Source: Squalus acanthias (lineage: Eukaryota). Taken from it: a DNA stretch of 64,000 bases. Positions 1 through 9,558 of this stretch are shown here, in pieces. Every line of letters begins with the position of its first letter. Position 1 is the first letter of the stretch. The notes under the pieces are model-generated. The model was not told where the DNA came from, searched no databases, and saw only the letters and a list, made by a program, of their open reading frames with translations. The stretch is taken from contig CM059425.1 in NCBI GenBank assembly GCA_030390025.1, positions 170,006,001 to 170,070,000 on the forward strand, in the 5' to 3' direction. The position numbers and the translations under genes were made by a program.

Positions 1-1286
1 TAGCCTGTCATTTTAGAAAGCAGTGTCGGGCCCTTAAAGGGGAACTGCCTTCTAAAATGGCAAAAAAAAAATCTTTTAAAAGTAGGCAGTTTTTAGTCCT
101 TAGAGCTCAACTGCCTTCTGAAAAAAAAACATCAAAAATAATTCTGAAAAGGCAGTCTTCAGCTCTTAAAGCTGAATTGCCTTCCACACTTAAAAGAAAT
201 GATAAAAGTGCTTCAGCACTAACACAATTGGCTCCACAAGCCACAGAAGGGGCAGCCAGGGTCTCGCATGCAGCACTCCAGCTTTATGCAGGGAGTCAAC
301 ACTGGAAGAGAGGTCCTCTACCCACAGGAGCCAGGAGGCCCTCCAGAAAGAACGATGTGGGACCAGATCACCAAGGCCGTCACTGCCAGCATTGTTGCCC
401 CCACCACCTGGCTCCAGTGCCCAAAGAAGTTTCATGACCACAGACCAGTAGTCAAGGTCAGTGAATGCATCTTCAAAAGCTATCTCCTACCAACTGCACC
501 TCTAGCCTCGCACACTGTTCAATGCACGACCTCCCCCCACCCCACATCGCTCACCTATCAAAAACCTCTAGCAAACACGAGGCACACCTCCCATTCCTAG
601 CTTATCCTCACCCCCTTGGAGGAGACGGTGCTGGCTATTCTTGGCAGGGTCATGGCTGAGCCCTTGGCCAGCGGCAGGGCTGAAAGGATACAAGATGCTG
701 GTATCCTCATACATTATCCTTCTTCTGACATGCATCTCATGCTTTCCCATCCTCCCCTCACCACAACTCCACCCTTGTGCCTTCCTCATTTCACACACCC
801 AAGAAATGCAGCCTGTTCAGCCAATGATTGACCAAGCAGAGCGAGAGGAGAGTGAAGAAGAAGTTGAAGAAATACCATCACTCGATTTCACACTCCCAGC
901 CACCAGCTCCTCAAGGTCGTCCTGCAAGGCCATCTGCAGTGTCCCCCACTGAAAGTCAGTAGCCTTCCACCAGTCATGCTGCAGCCACTGAGGTAGCACT
1001 GCGTGACATCAGTAGGATAGGCAAAGGCACACACAATCCAGTCACTAAGAGAATGCATAAGGTTGATTAGTTGATGAATAGATGTATAAAGTTGGATTGG
1101 AAATGTTGCTTTGTGTTGGTTTTTATTTCAGCATTGTGGCCAAGAGGATGATGTGATGGTCAGTAATAGAAGGAAGGTAAGGTGTGGGACAAATGTTGAA
1201 AGGGGAATTGGAGTTGTGGTCACTGGTACCACAGGTGGATGATTCCATCCCAGATATCCCGGCCAGAAAGAGGCTGTCTGGGTTGC

Positions 1287-1410
1287 ATCCTTCCTTCCGC
1301 TTCCTCCTCTTCTGCATCTTTCTCTTCTGCATCTTTCTCTTCTGTATCATCCTCTTCTGTGTCTTCTGCTTCTGCATCTTCCTCTTCTGCGCCTTTCTCT
1401 TCCTTCTGCA
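1287..1410 (-). repeat. Degenerate 15-bp tandem repeat (TCCTCTTCTGCATCT-like) encoding an acidic E/D tract on the - strand
   Basis: Periodicity is visible by eye. The - strand reads EEEDAEAEDTEEDDTEEKDAEE, like the acidic C-tail of the transposase at 38886-38925. Confidence 0.7.
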
Positions 1411-1414
1411 ATCG

Positions 1415-1562
1415 GATGCTGTAAATCTGAAATAAAAACAGAAAGTGCTGGAAATACTCAGCAGTTCAGGCAGCATCTTGACCTGAGACGTGAACTCTGT
1501 TTCTCTCTCTACGGATGCTGCCTGACCTGCTGAGTATTTCCAGCATTTTCTATCTTTTCAGA
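1415..1562. repeat. Palindromic repeat with ~50-bp arms; possibly the terminus of a Penelope-like element
   Basis: GAAAGTGCTGGAAATACTCAGCAGTTCAGGCAGCATC (1441-1477) pairs with GATGCTGCCTGACCTGCTGAGTATTTCCAGCATTTTC (1514-1550). The family assignment is from memory only. Confidence 0.6.
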
Positions 1563-2234
1563 GGCTTTCCTTTACCATCCGAGGCCTTGTAAGCATCCAT
1601 CAGCACTCCCTGTACTCTCTGCACACTTTAAAAACTTTTAACATCTATTGCACCAAGCCACTACTTCAATAAAATAAAAAAAACATCCAGTCCAGAAGCT
1701 TAAATGCAAACTTACCTGAAAGATGTGTGTGTGACTTTAAGTAGTGCTGACAGCGTCTCTGTCAGTCTGCTGCATGCTCGCTTTTCTGAGTGAGCTTAGG
1801 ACCCAGCGTTAAAGTCAGCGCAAAGGTCGAAGTTTGCAGAGTGTGGCGTCAATTCGGTGTTGCATGACGACCAACGTCACGCTCTGTTGTTTTGCATCTC
1901 TAGGGCCAGCACTGCAAACGGCAGCGTTATGATCCTCACTAAAATGGTGGTTACCGAGTCTCCGGCCAGAGGTGGGCGGAAGTGAGGCGGCTGCCATTTT
2001 TCTTCAAGAAACGGGCCTTAACAGAGACCGGTAAGCACTCAAATGTCTAGGCCTCAGCCTTTAAAGATCAGTCAGGATTCCAATTTCTTGCTAGAAATTG
2101 GTCATCAGGCGAGTGAAGGGTTAAGTTTACCTGCAATGCCACTTACATTCCAACGTTCTACTGACTCTCACTGCCATATGAAGAATAGCCGCTTGGATTG
2201 CAAAATCACAAGATCATTATGAATGAGGAAGTTC

Positions 2235-3850
2235 ATTTATATTAGTTCATCCAACCAGAATAACCCTTCCATCACCCCCATTTACTGCATCAAATTGTTT
2301 CTTAAATTATTCCAGGATTTTTGCCTCCACCACTCTGCCCAGAAGACCATTCCAAGTGTTGATCGCTCTGCGTGAAGAAGGTATTCCTGATATCAGTCCT
2401 AAAGTTATCATTTACTACTTTGAACCTCTGTCCCCTTGTCCTATTCCCACAATTTAATTTAAACTGACATTCCAGATTTACCTTTTCCATACAATTTGCT
2501 ATCTCATAAGATCACCTCTCAGCTGCCTCCTTTCCTCATATCTCAGAGCCCTGACACCAGGGATCAGCCTTGTGGCTCTTTTCTGCACTGTCTCTAATGG
2601 TTAAGTATCTCCCTTGTGTAACAACCAGAACTGGATGTAGTAGTCAAGGTGACCAGAGCTCTGTATAGTGTGATCATGACTTCCTTTGACTTATATTCAA
2701 TTGTTTTGGCTATGTTCTTCAACATTCCATTGGCTTTGATGATTACTGCTCTGTATTGTGTAAGGTGTTTGGTTTCCTCGTCCTTACAAGGGTTCTTTGA
2801 CTCTGGGTTTTACAGGAGCAAAATGGTAGATGACACAAGGGTTTAGGTTCAACCCAAAACTGTTAGTTTATTAAAACCAACAAAACACCTGTTGAGATTT
2901 GGCTGAAACTTACAATCATCCATCCGGCCGGTCGTTACCGTTGTGGATTGTAGGCCTGGATCGGAGATGACCTATCCCCATCCTCCTTTATCTGACTGCA
3001 GCTGCCTACACAGCGCAAACCCCATGTAGAGTCAACTGATACTTACAATCACCCGTCTGGCTGGTCGATTGCAGGCTGGGAGCTGGAGATGACCGTCTTC
3101 CTTTCCTTCTTACACCTGGCAGTTGCTGTAGTCAGAGCTAGCTTCCGAGAGAGAGAGAGAGAGAGAGCTGTGGCGTGGTTCCTTCTTACAGCTCTTCTGT
3201 CACGCCTTTTTGAGTCTGGGCCTTCCCCCAACTCTTGTTTTCCAATACACACCTAGTAATCCAAACCACAGGATATGTACAAGGCTGAGGAATGGAAGAT
3301 AATTCCTTATCTTGTCTCCCCCCCCTGTGATACATATTTAATGTGATTTAGTCTTACTGCTGATGTGTTTTGCCCAAGGTTAAAGTGTTTTCCATTGAGG
3401 CCAGGAAGTCCATTGTTCCAGCGAAACTGGTATCGTTGTCTTATCCATTGAAGATCCATCGAAACCCATTAAAATATGAAGTCTCATTGTCCAAAGTTAA
3501 ATCACCTATTCACCAATTCACCATTAAATCACCTATCGAGACGCTCATTGTCCAAAGTAAATGTCTTTTCCAGAGTTAAATTAAAACTCACAGGTGTGTC
3601 TGTACTTCTAGGTTTAACTGTATCATGCCCTTACCACTGGGCCAAACAGGCTGCCAGCATTTTGCTATTGTACAGGTTTTTTTTTTAAATCTACCATTGG
3701 TTGGACATATTTAGCACAGATGTTTAAGACTCATCGGTCTCTTTCCACTTCATTATTAGCTATTTCAACACCATCCACGGAGTACGTGTGCTACTCATTT
3801 TTCTAGCCTATGTGCAGTCCTTTGCACTTGTCTGCATTAAATTTCATCTT
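2235..3850 (-). mobile_element. Old CR1-type LINE 3' fragment, split by a solo LTR at 2759-3696
   Basis: The - strand reads RTRGQRFKV..FRTDIRNTFFTQ, the CR1 ORF2 C-terminal motif. The sequence rejoins as CTGTATTG|GTTGGAC across the insertion. Confidence 0.7.
2759..3696 (-). mobile_element. Probable solo LTR (ERV- or Gypsy-type)
   Basis: TG...CA termini, flanking (A)TTG duplication, AATAAA on the - strand near 2867-2873, internal tandem duplication (CTCATTGTCCAAAGT twice, 3483-3560), and it cleanly interrupts a CR1. Confidence 0.65.
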
Positions 3851-5089
3851 GAGATAGGAGAAGCCTGCTCATAAATCCAAACCCCAGTATCAGTCATTAC
3901 CTGTGGGTCACAAAAGGAGATGATTTAAAAAAATGATTTAAAGATGATTTAAAAATAATCATGCAAAGAAAACTGTTAATGAAAGTTCCTCCAAGATGCT
4001 TCCTTCTTTTAGAGATTACATTGCACCTAACCTTTAGCATTGAGACCACCTCAAAAGGTTTTTGATCATCAGAATTCTCTACATGAATTGGTAATTGATA
4101 AAAAAAAGAACATTGGAACTCAAAACACCACAAAGGTAATAATTTCAGATTTTCTGACAGGTTTTTTAGAAAATCTTTTAAATTCCATATTCCAATTTTA
4201 TGGTAAGCCATTGACTATTTACACAATAATGCACTTTGTTCAGATTTCCATTAGGACTCGATGTATTTTGGCAGTACAGACTATATTTCAGTCAATTATC
4301 TGTTTTAATGTAGCTGTAATAAGAGTCCATTTCTTTTGAAACTGGATAATTTAATATATCAGAATAAATAGAAAAGAGTATGCATTTTGATTTTGCTGTC
4401 GATGTACATATGTTCTATACTTTGAGACTTTTTAATGAAAAGAAATAAATACTTGGTGCGAAGACACTTTAAAATCTTATTCAGTGACAGCATTTTTTTG
4501 TTTAAGTGCAGGTCAATAGAATATCTGAAGACAGAGAAAAATACATGACATAATTTGTGGGTGCTTGTTATAAAGACTTTTGCTTAAAGGTTCAACTTCT
4601 CTGGAAACAGAATGATGTTAACTGCTTTTCAAAAATCCGATTATATTTATTCAAACTCTCAAATGTATAGTTTTTGAAGAAAAGAAATAAGACATTTACG
4701 TTATACAGTATTATTTAAAAAAGTCTAAGGTTAGTAGTTTCTTTTCTATTTCAGAACTTTCTTTCTGACTAATGGGCAGTGAGAAAATGGAAGAATACTG
4801 AACATATATGAGGCATTTATGCAATTTTGTTTCTAAATAACTCTTAATTTTAATATTCTGTTAGCCCGCAGATTATGCTGTGCATTATTATCATATGAAT
4901 GCTTAACTTGATCGTATCAAATTCCTCCATCAGTTATCTTAATGGAGGCATTAACTATTTATTTTAAATAGGTTGATGCTCCTGTTAAATTAGTAGAGAA
5001 AGGAATTTCACACTAATATATTAAGTGTGTGCTGGATACTATTGTAATTTCTTGGCTTTGCTTTTCTTTCAGTCTCTTCTTGTGAATTG

Positions 5090-6743
5090 TTGCGCCCAAA
5101 GATGGAGGCCCGAGGATTTGCAAGAAATCAGTCTCGGGCCAGTTCTAAATATTCAGGGCGAGCTGGGTTCAGGAAAATGTGGTCTGCATGTGGCCTAACC
5201 AGCTGTCCTTAAAGGGACCATTGGAGGTCAGTGATGGACTGAGTGTAAGGAATGGATGAGTTAGATGAGGGAGACTGTGGTGGAGTGTGGTGCCAAAGCG
5301 AAGTGGCCTCCTTGTGTGTTGTTAGTTGGTATGATTGCACTAGGATGCTCAAACCCGGCACTAAGCTCATGGTCTACAGAGCAGTAGTGATACCTGCCCT
5401 CCTGTATGCCTCAGAGACATGGACCATGTACAGCAGGCACCTCAAAGCACTGGAGAGGTACCACCAACGCTGCCTCCGCAAGATCCTGCAAATCCATTGG
5501 CAGGATAGGCGCACCAACATCAGTGTTCTTGCTCAGGCCAACATCCCCAGCATCGAAGCTTTGACCACGCTTGATCAGCTCCGATGGACGGGCCACATCG
5601 TCCGCATGCCTGATACGAGGCTCCTAAAACAAGCGCTCTACTCGGAGCTCCGGCACAGCAAGAGAGCCCCAGGTGGGCAGAGGAAACGCTTCAAGGACAC
5701 CCTCAAAGCCTCCTTGAAAAGGTGCAACATCCCCACCGACACCTGGAAATCCCTGGCCCAAGACCGCACAAAGTGGAGGAGAAGCATCCGGGAAGGTGCC
5801 GAACATCTCGAGTCTCTTCGCCGGGAGCAAGCGGAAGCCAAGCGCAAGCAGCGCAAGGAGCGCACGTCAACCCAAGCACCCCACCCACCCCTTCAACCAC
5901 CGTCTGCCCCACCTGTGACAGAGACTGTAGGTCCTGCATTGGACTCATCAGTCACCTGTGAACTCATTTTTAATGTGGAAGCAAGTCATCCTCGGTTCCG
6001 AGGGACTGCCTAAGAAGAAGAAGAAGAAGACTAGGATGAGGGTGAGTGTGAGGGGTGGTTAGTCAGACGGGGATGTGATAATGTACATAGAGAGAGAGGG
6101 ATGGGTGGATGTGCAAGGTACTTTGGTGTGAGTAAGGATGTGCAGGAGTAGGGTAGGGAAGGCAGAGTGATGGGGATGTGATGAGAGGCACAGTAGGATG
6201 CAGTTGAATGTGGCTTTGTACTAACGTTTCCTGATCTAATGAGATCATTGAAACGTTTGCAGCACTGCACTCAGGTCCTCCTGACCACATCCCTGCTGTT
6301 GACCTCCTCTGCAATCTGCAACCAGGCTGTTTTGGTCTCCTGGGGAGGTCTCTTCCACCCATTGGTGCTCTGCGTGCTCTGACTCCCTCCACAAGCATAT
6401 GGAGGGAGCCATCAGAGAACCTGCGTGCAGCCCTCTGCCTCTGTGCAGTCATTGTCAGTGTTTGCAGCACTCCAATGCTGTAGTGCACAGACAGCACTAT
6501 GTTAGATTAACCTTCAAATGTAATGTGGCCATGGTCCCTTTAAAGATCCCGGCTGAAAATGCATCATGGATGACGTCAGCAGACCCGCACCATTTCATTG
6601 GACCGGGTAGCGCGCAGGGCGGGTTTAATAGGCCCTATTGGTGTAAAGTCGTTTTGTGCAGCAGGATGGAGCCAGCAACGGAGTCACAACCCGCCATGGC
6701 AGCCGCCCGCACTGGACCTGCTCAGGTAGGGAAAATTCCATCC
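5090..6743 (-). mobile_element. Decayed Harbinger-type element with a Myb-like exon remnant on -, interrupted by an RTE
   Basis: - strand AQRQRAARRFSDGSLHMLVEG and QCCKRFNDLIRSG. TIR-like end GAAAATTCCATCC at about 6743. Homologous to 8200-8910. Confidence 0.65.
5348..6030 (+). mobile_element. 5'-truncated RTE-clade LINE (ORF C-terminus plus (AAG)n tail)
   Basis: TKLMVYRAVVIPALLYASETW..QLRWTGHIVRMPDTR..GGQRKRFKDTLK and a frameshifted C2H2 finger CPTCDRDCRSCIGLISHL. (AAG)6 tail. TSD CTAGGATG at 5340-5347 and 6031-6038. Confidence 0.93.
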
Positions 6744-7149
6744 ATAGACTCAGGTGATTTGATTTAGATCTATAAAATAATGATGGGATTAAATTGTGTG
6801 TACAATTTGATAGGTTGGGGAGGGCTGGGGTCATACGTATAAATTATACAAGGGAAGAAATAGGTTATATATTAGGCGGCTCTTGTTCTCCCAGAGAATA
6901 GTAGACATGTGTAACAGGCTGTTGCCTTGTATGGTGGGTGCTAAATCACTGTGTACCTCCAAGAGAGAGCTGGACCGGTTCCTGGCTGGGGCAGAGATCG
7001 CATCATGCAAGAGGTAAATACTAATTAATATAAGTCATGGTCAATGTGGTCTCTTGGACTAGTTTGAATTGCCTAGCGGGATCAGACAGGAATTTTCCAG
7101 ATTTTCCCTCCTAATTAAACATTGGGAAGAACGGAATGGTTTGGAGCAT

Positions 7150-7989
7150 GGGGGCAATTAAATTGTTAAAAATGGGTATCCCGACATGATCCCACCTCCA
7201 ACCCACCCCCACTTCCGGTTTTGCCGGAGGTGGGACGGAGGGGGGAGTGGGCGACCAACCCCCTCCCAGGGGGTGTATCCGTAATTTAAATATTGTAATG
7301 AGGCTGTAAGTCTCTTTTTCCCCGTCCATTTTGAATTTAACTGACCCAGCAGTTAAACCGAGGCGGGGGCTGCTGCATCCAGGAGCTAAGTGGCTTTATA
7401 CCGACCTCCTGGATCCAGGGTCCTTACCTAGCCCATTCCCCGCGATTGGAGACCCCCCCACAAGGCCTCCCGCCCGCCCCTCCCACGCCTCCCCCACAAC
7501 GACGATGATGATGAGGCTGGCCCCAATCCTCTGGCCCCCTTGCGGCTCCTCCGCCCATCCCCGATCCCAGGCCAACCCCCTCCCTGTGATCCCCGGTTCC
7601 CTCCCACCGCGATCCCCACTTGCCTGCCAATCCCCAATCAATTCCCCCCCGGCTGATCGTCGACCTCTCCGATCCCCGATCCCCTGTCGATCCTGCAACC
7701 CCCCCCAAGCCGTTCCTCTCTCCCCCCTCCCGATTCCCGACCCACCCCCAACCTGCCGATTGCTCACCCCCCTCCCGTGATCCTTCCTTCAGACTGACCC
7801 CTCGCAACTGAGGCATACCCGCCCACAGCCAGTCAGCCTCTCAAGCTGGTTGGCTGCGGGCGGGAAACTGAGGCTTCACATTCAAATTAGGCCCTGCCGG
7901 TAAAGTCAGGGTATCCCGCCCGCATCGGACACCACCCCACCCCCACACCCCGCCCCGAACCCGCCTCCCCGAAGAAAATAATTCTGGCC
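7150..7989. mobile_element. Harbinger-type MITE-like element with a GC-rich CCGATC low-complexity core
   Basis: GGGGGCAATT start and AATTCTGGCC end. The internal layout resembles other MITEs in the window. No TSD recovered. Confidence 0.45.
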
Positions 7990-8016
7990 AAAGACATTAT
8001 TCGGCCCTCACACAAA

Positions 8017-8910
8017 GGCCGCGATTTTGCTGACCTCAGCGGGTCCGTGGCGGGCGACTTCGGTGGCGGGTCACGACCCCACTGCTGGCGCCAGCCCGCT
8101 CTGTAAAATGAATTTCCCTTGATTGGGCTTGTTAAGCCCACCCAACGCATTTCCCGGCCAATTAGAGGAAGTGGGTCTGGTGACGTCATTTGATGACGCG
8201 TCATCAGCCAGTTTCCTTAAAGGGGCCATGTCCAAATTGATTTTGACATTTGTGCTGTCAGTGTTCTACAGCATTGAGATGCTGCAAACACTGACAATCA
8301 CTGCACAGAGGTGTAGGGCTGCACTCAGGCTCTCCCATGACTCCCTCCATATACTTATGGAGCGAGTCACAGCACGCAGGGAGGTCCTCTTCCCTTCCCA
8401 TGGGTGGAAGAGACTTTCGGAGCTATCGATCGCCCCTTCCTCAGGTGAACGATAGCTCCGAAAGCTTGTGATTTCAAATAAAACTGTTGGACTATAACCT
8501 GGTGTTGTGCGACCTCTCAATTTTGTCCACCCAGTCCAACACCGGCATCTCCGCATCAGGAAGAGACTTCCCCAGGAGATCAACACAACCTGGTTGCACA
8601 TTGCACAGGAGGACACAAGCAGGGATGTGTTCAGGAGGACCTGAGTGCAGTGCTGCAAACCTTTCAATTATCTCATTAGATCACGAAACATTAGTACAAA
8701 GCCACACTCAACCTCGTCCTGCTGTGCCTCTCATCACATCCCTATCACTCTGCCTTCCCTACCTTGCTCCTGCACATCCTTACTTACACCAACTTACCTT
8801 GCACCTCCACCCATCCCTCTCTATCTATATTATCACTTCCCCATCTCACTAGCCACCCCTCACACTCACCCTCTTCCTAGTGCAATCATACCAACTAACA
8901 ACACACAAGA
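8017..8910 (+). mobile_element. Truncated Harbinger-type element with a Myb-like exon remnant
   Basis: Starts with GGCCGCGATTTT, identical to the TIR at 21655. + strand reads AQRCRAALRLSHDSLHILMERVTARREVLFP and QCCKPFNYLIRSR. The right end is lost. Confidence 0.75.
8414..8558 (+). mobile_element. Short retro-insertion resembling a Penelope-like terminal repeat, with an inverted 5' segment
   Basis: TSD GGAAGAGACTT at 8406-8416 and 8559-8569. 15-bp inverted repeat CTTTCGGAGCTATCG / CGATAGCTCCGAAAG. AATAAA near 8477. Confidence 0.7.
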
Positions 8911-9229
8911 GCTTGTCTTCCCCTCGCCCGCTCCTCCTCTCCCCCCCACCCTCCCCGTGCTCCTCCTGGCCCTCCGATGATGCTCCAAAACCCCTCCTTC
9001 TCCTCCGGCCCCCGATCTGTTGCTCCGGCCCCCGATCATTGCTGGCTCCACCCCCCCCCCCACCCCCGTTTATCCGGCCGCCGATCTTTACTGAACCCCC
9101 CACCCAGCTCCTACTGCCCTCTCCGTACTCCTCCGGCCACCGATCATTCCCTAAACCCGCACCCCCCGTACTGCTCCTGGCCCCTGATCCTCACCCGACA
9201 CCGCCCCCAACCCATGCCCCTCCCTTTCT

Positions 9230-9558
9230 CCGTGACCACCTCCAGCCCTACAACCTTCTAAGAACTCTGTGTTCCTCGAACTCGTTTGTGAATCCCCCAC
9301 TCAATCGCCCCACCATTACTGGCCGTGCCTTCAGCTGTCTAGGCCCTAAGCTCTGGAATTCTCACCATAAACCTCTCCACTTCTCTCTCCTCTTTTAAGA
9401 CCCTTGTTAAAACCTACCTCTTTGACCAAGCTTTTAGTCACTTGTCCTAATAACTTAATATTTGGCTCAGTATCAATTTTTGACTGATAATGCTCCTGTA
9501 AATCACCTTGGGGGATTTCACTACATTGAAGGCACTATATAAATGCAAATTGTTATTG
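9230..9558 (+). mobile_element. L2-type LINE 3' end
   Basis: GRAFSCLGPKLWNS motif. The 3' UTR ends GGCACTATATAAATGCAAATTGTTATTG and is homologous to 19485-19730. Confidence 0.85.

Larger units (their letters stand above)
1..2053 (+). mobile_element. Decayed PIF/Harbinger element, left end outside the window; Myb-like gene remnant on +, transposase acidic-tail remnant on -
   Basis: 268..460 reads EVLYPQ..WDQITKAVTASIVAPTTWLQCPKKFHD, which matches the Myb/SANT exon of the intact element at 41198-40963. 950-990 matches the reverse complement of 39410-39450. TIR-like end AAATGTCTAGGCC at about 2053. Confidence 0.65.

Noticed and set aside
1123..1476. Hydrophobic F/C/L-rich ORF (1184..1435 +) and basic K/R-rich ORF (1123..1476 -)
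   Set aside because: Both are alternative frames of a 15-bp low-complexity repeat, not membrane or nuclear proteins.
4040..4339. ORF with a possible donor site (ACAAAG|GTAAT) as a host exon
   Set aside because: No recognisable protein, weak acceptor, AT-rich context.
7331..9261. Pro/Gly-rich ORFs of 100-170 aa on both strands
   Set aside because: They arise from C-rich CCGATC low-complexity tracts inside repeats, where stop codons are rare.
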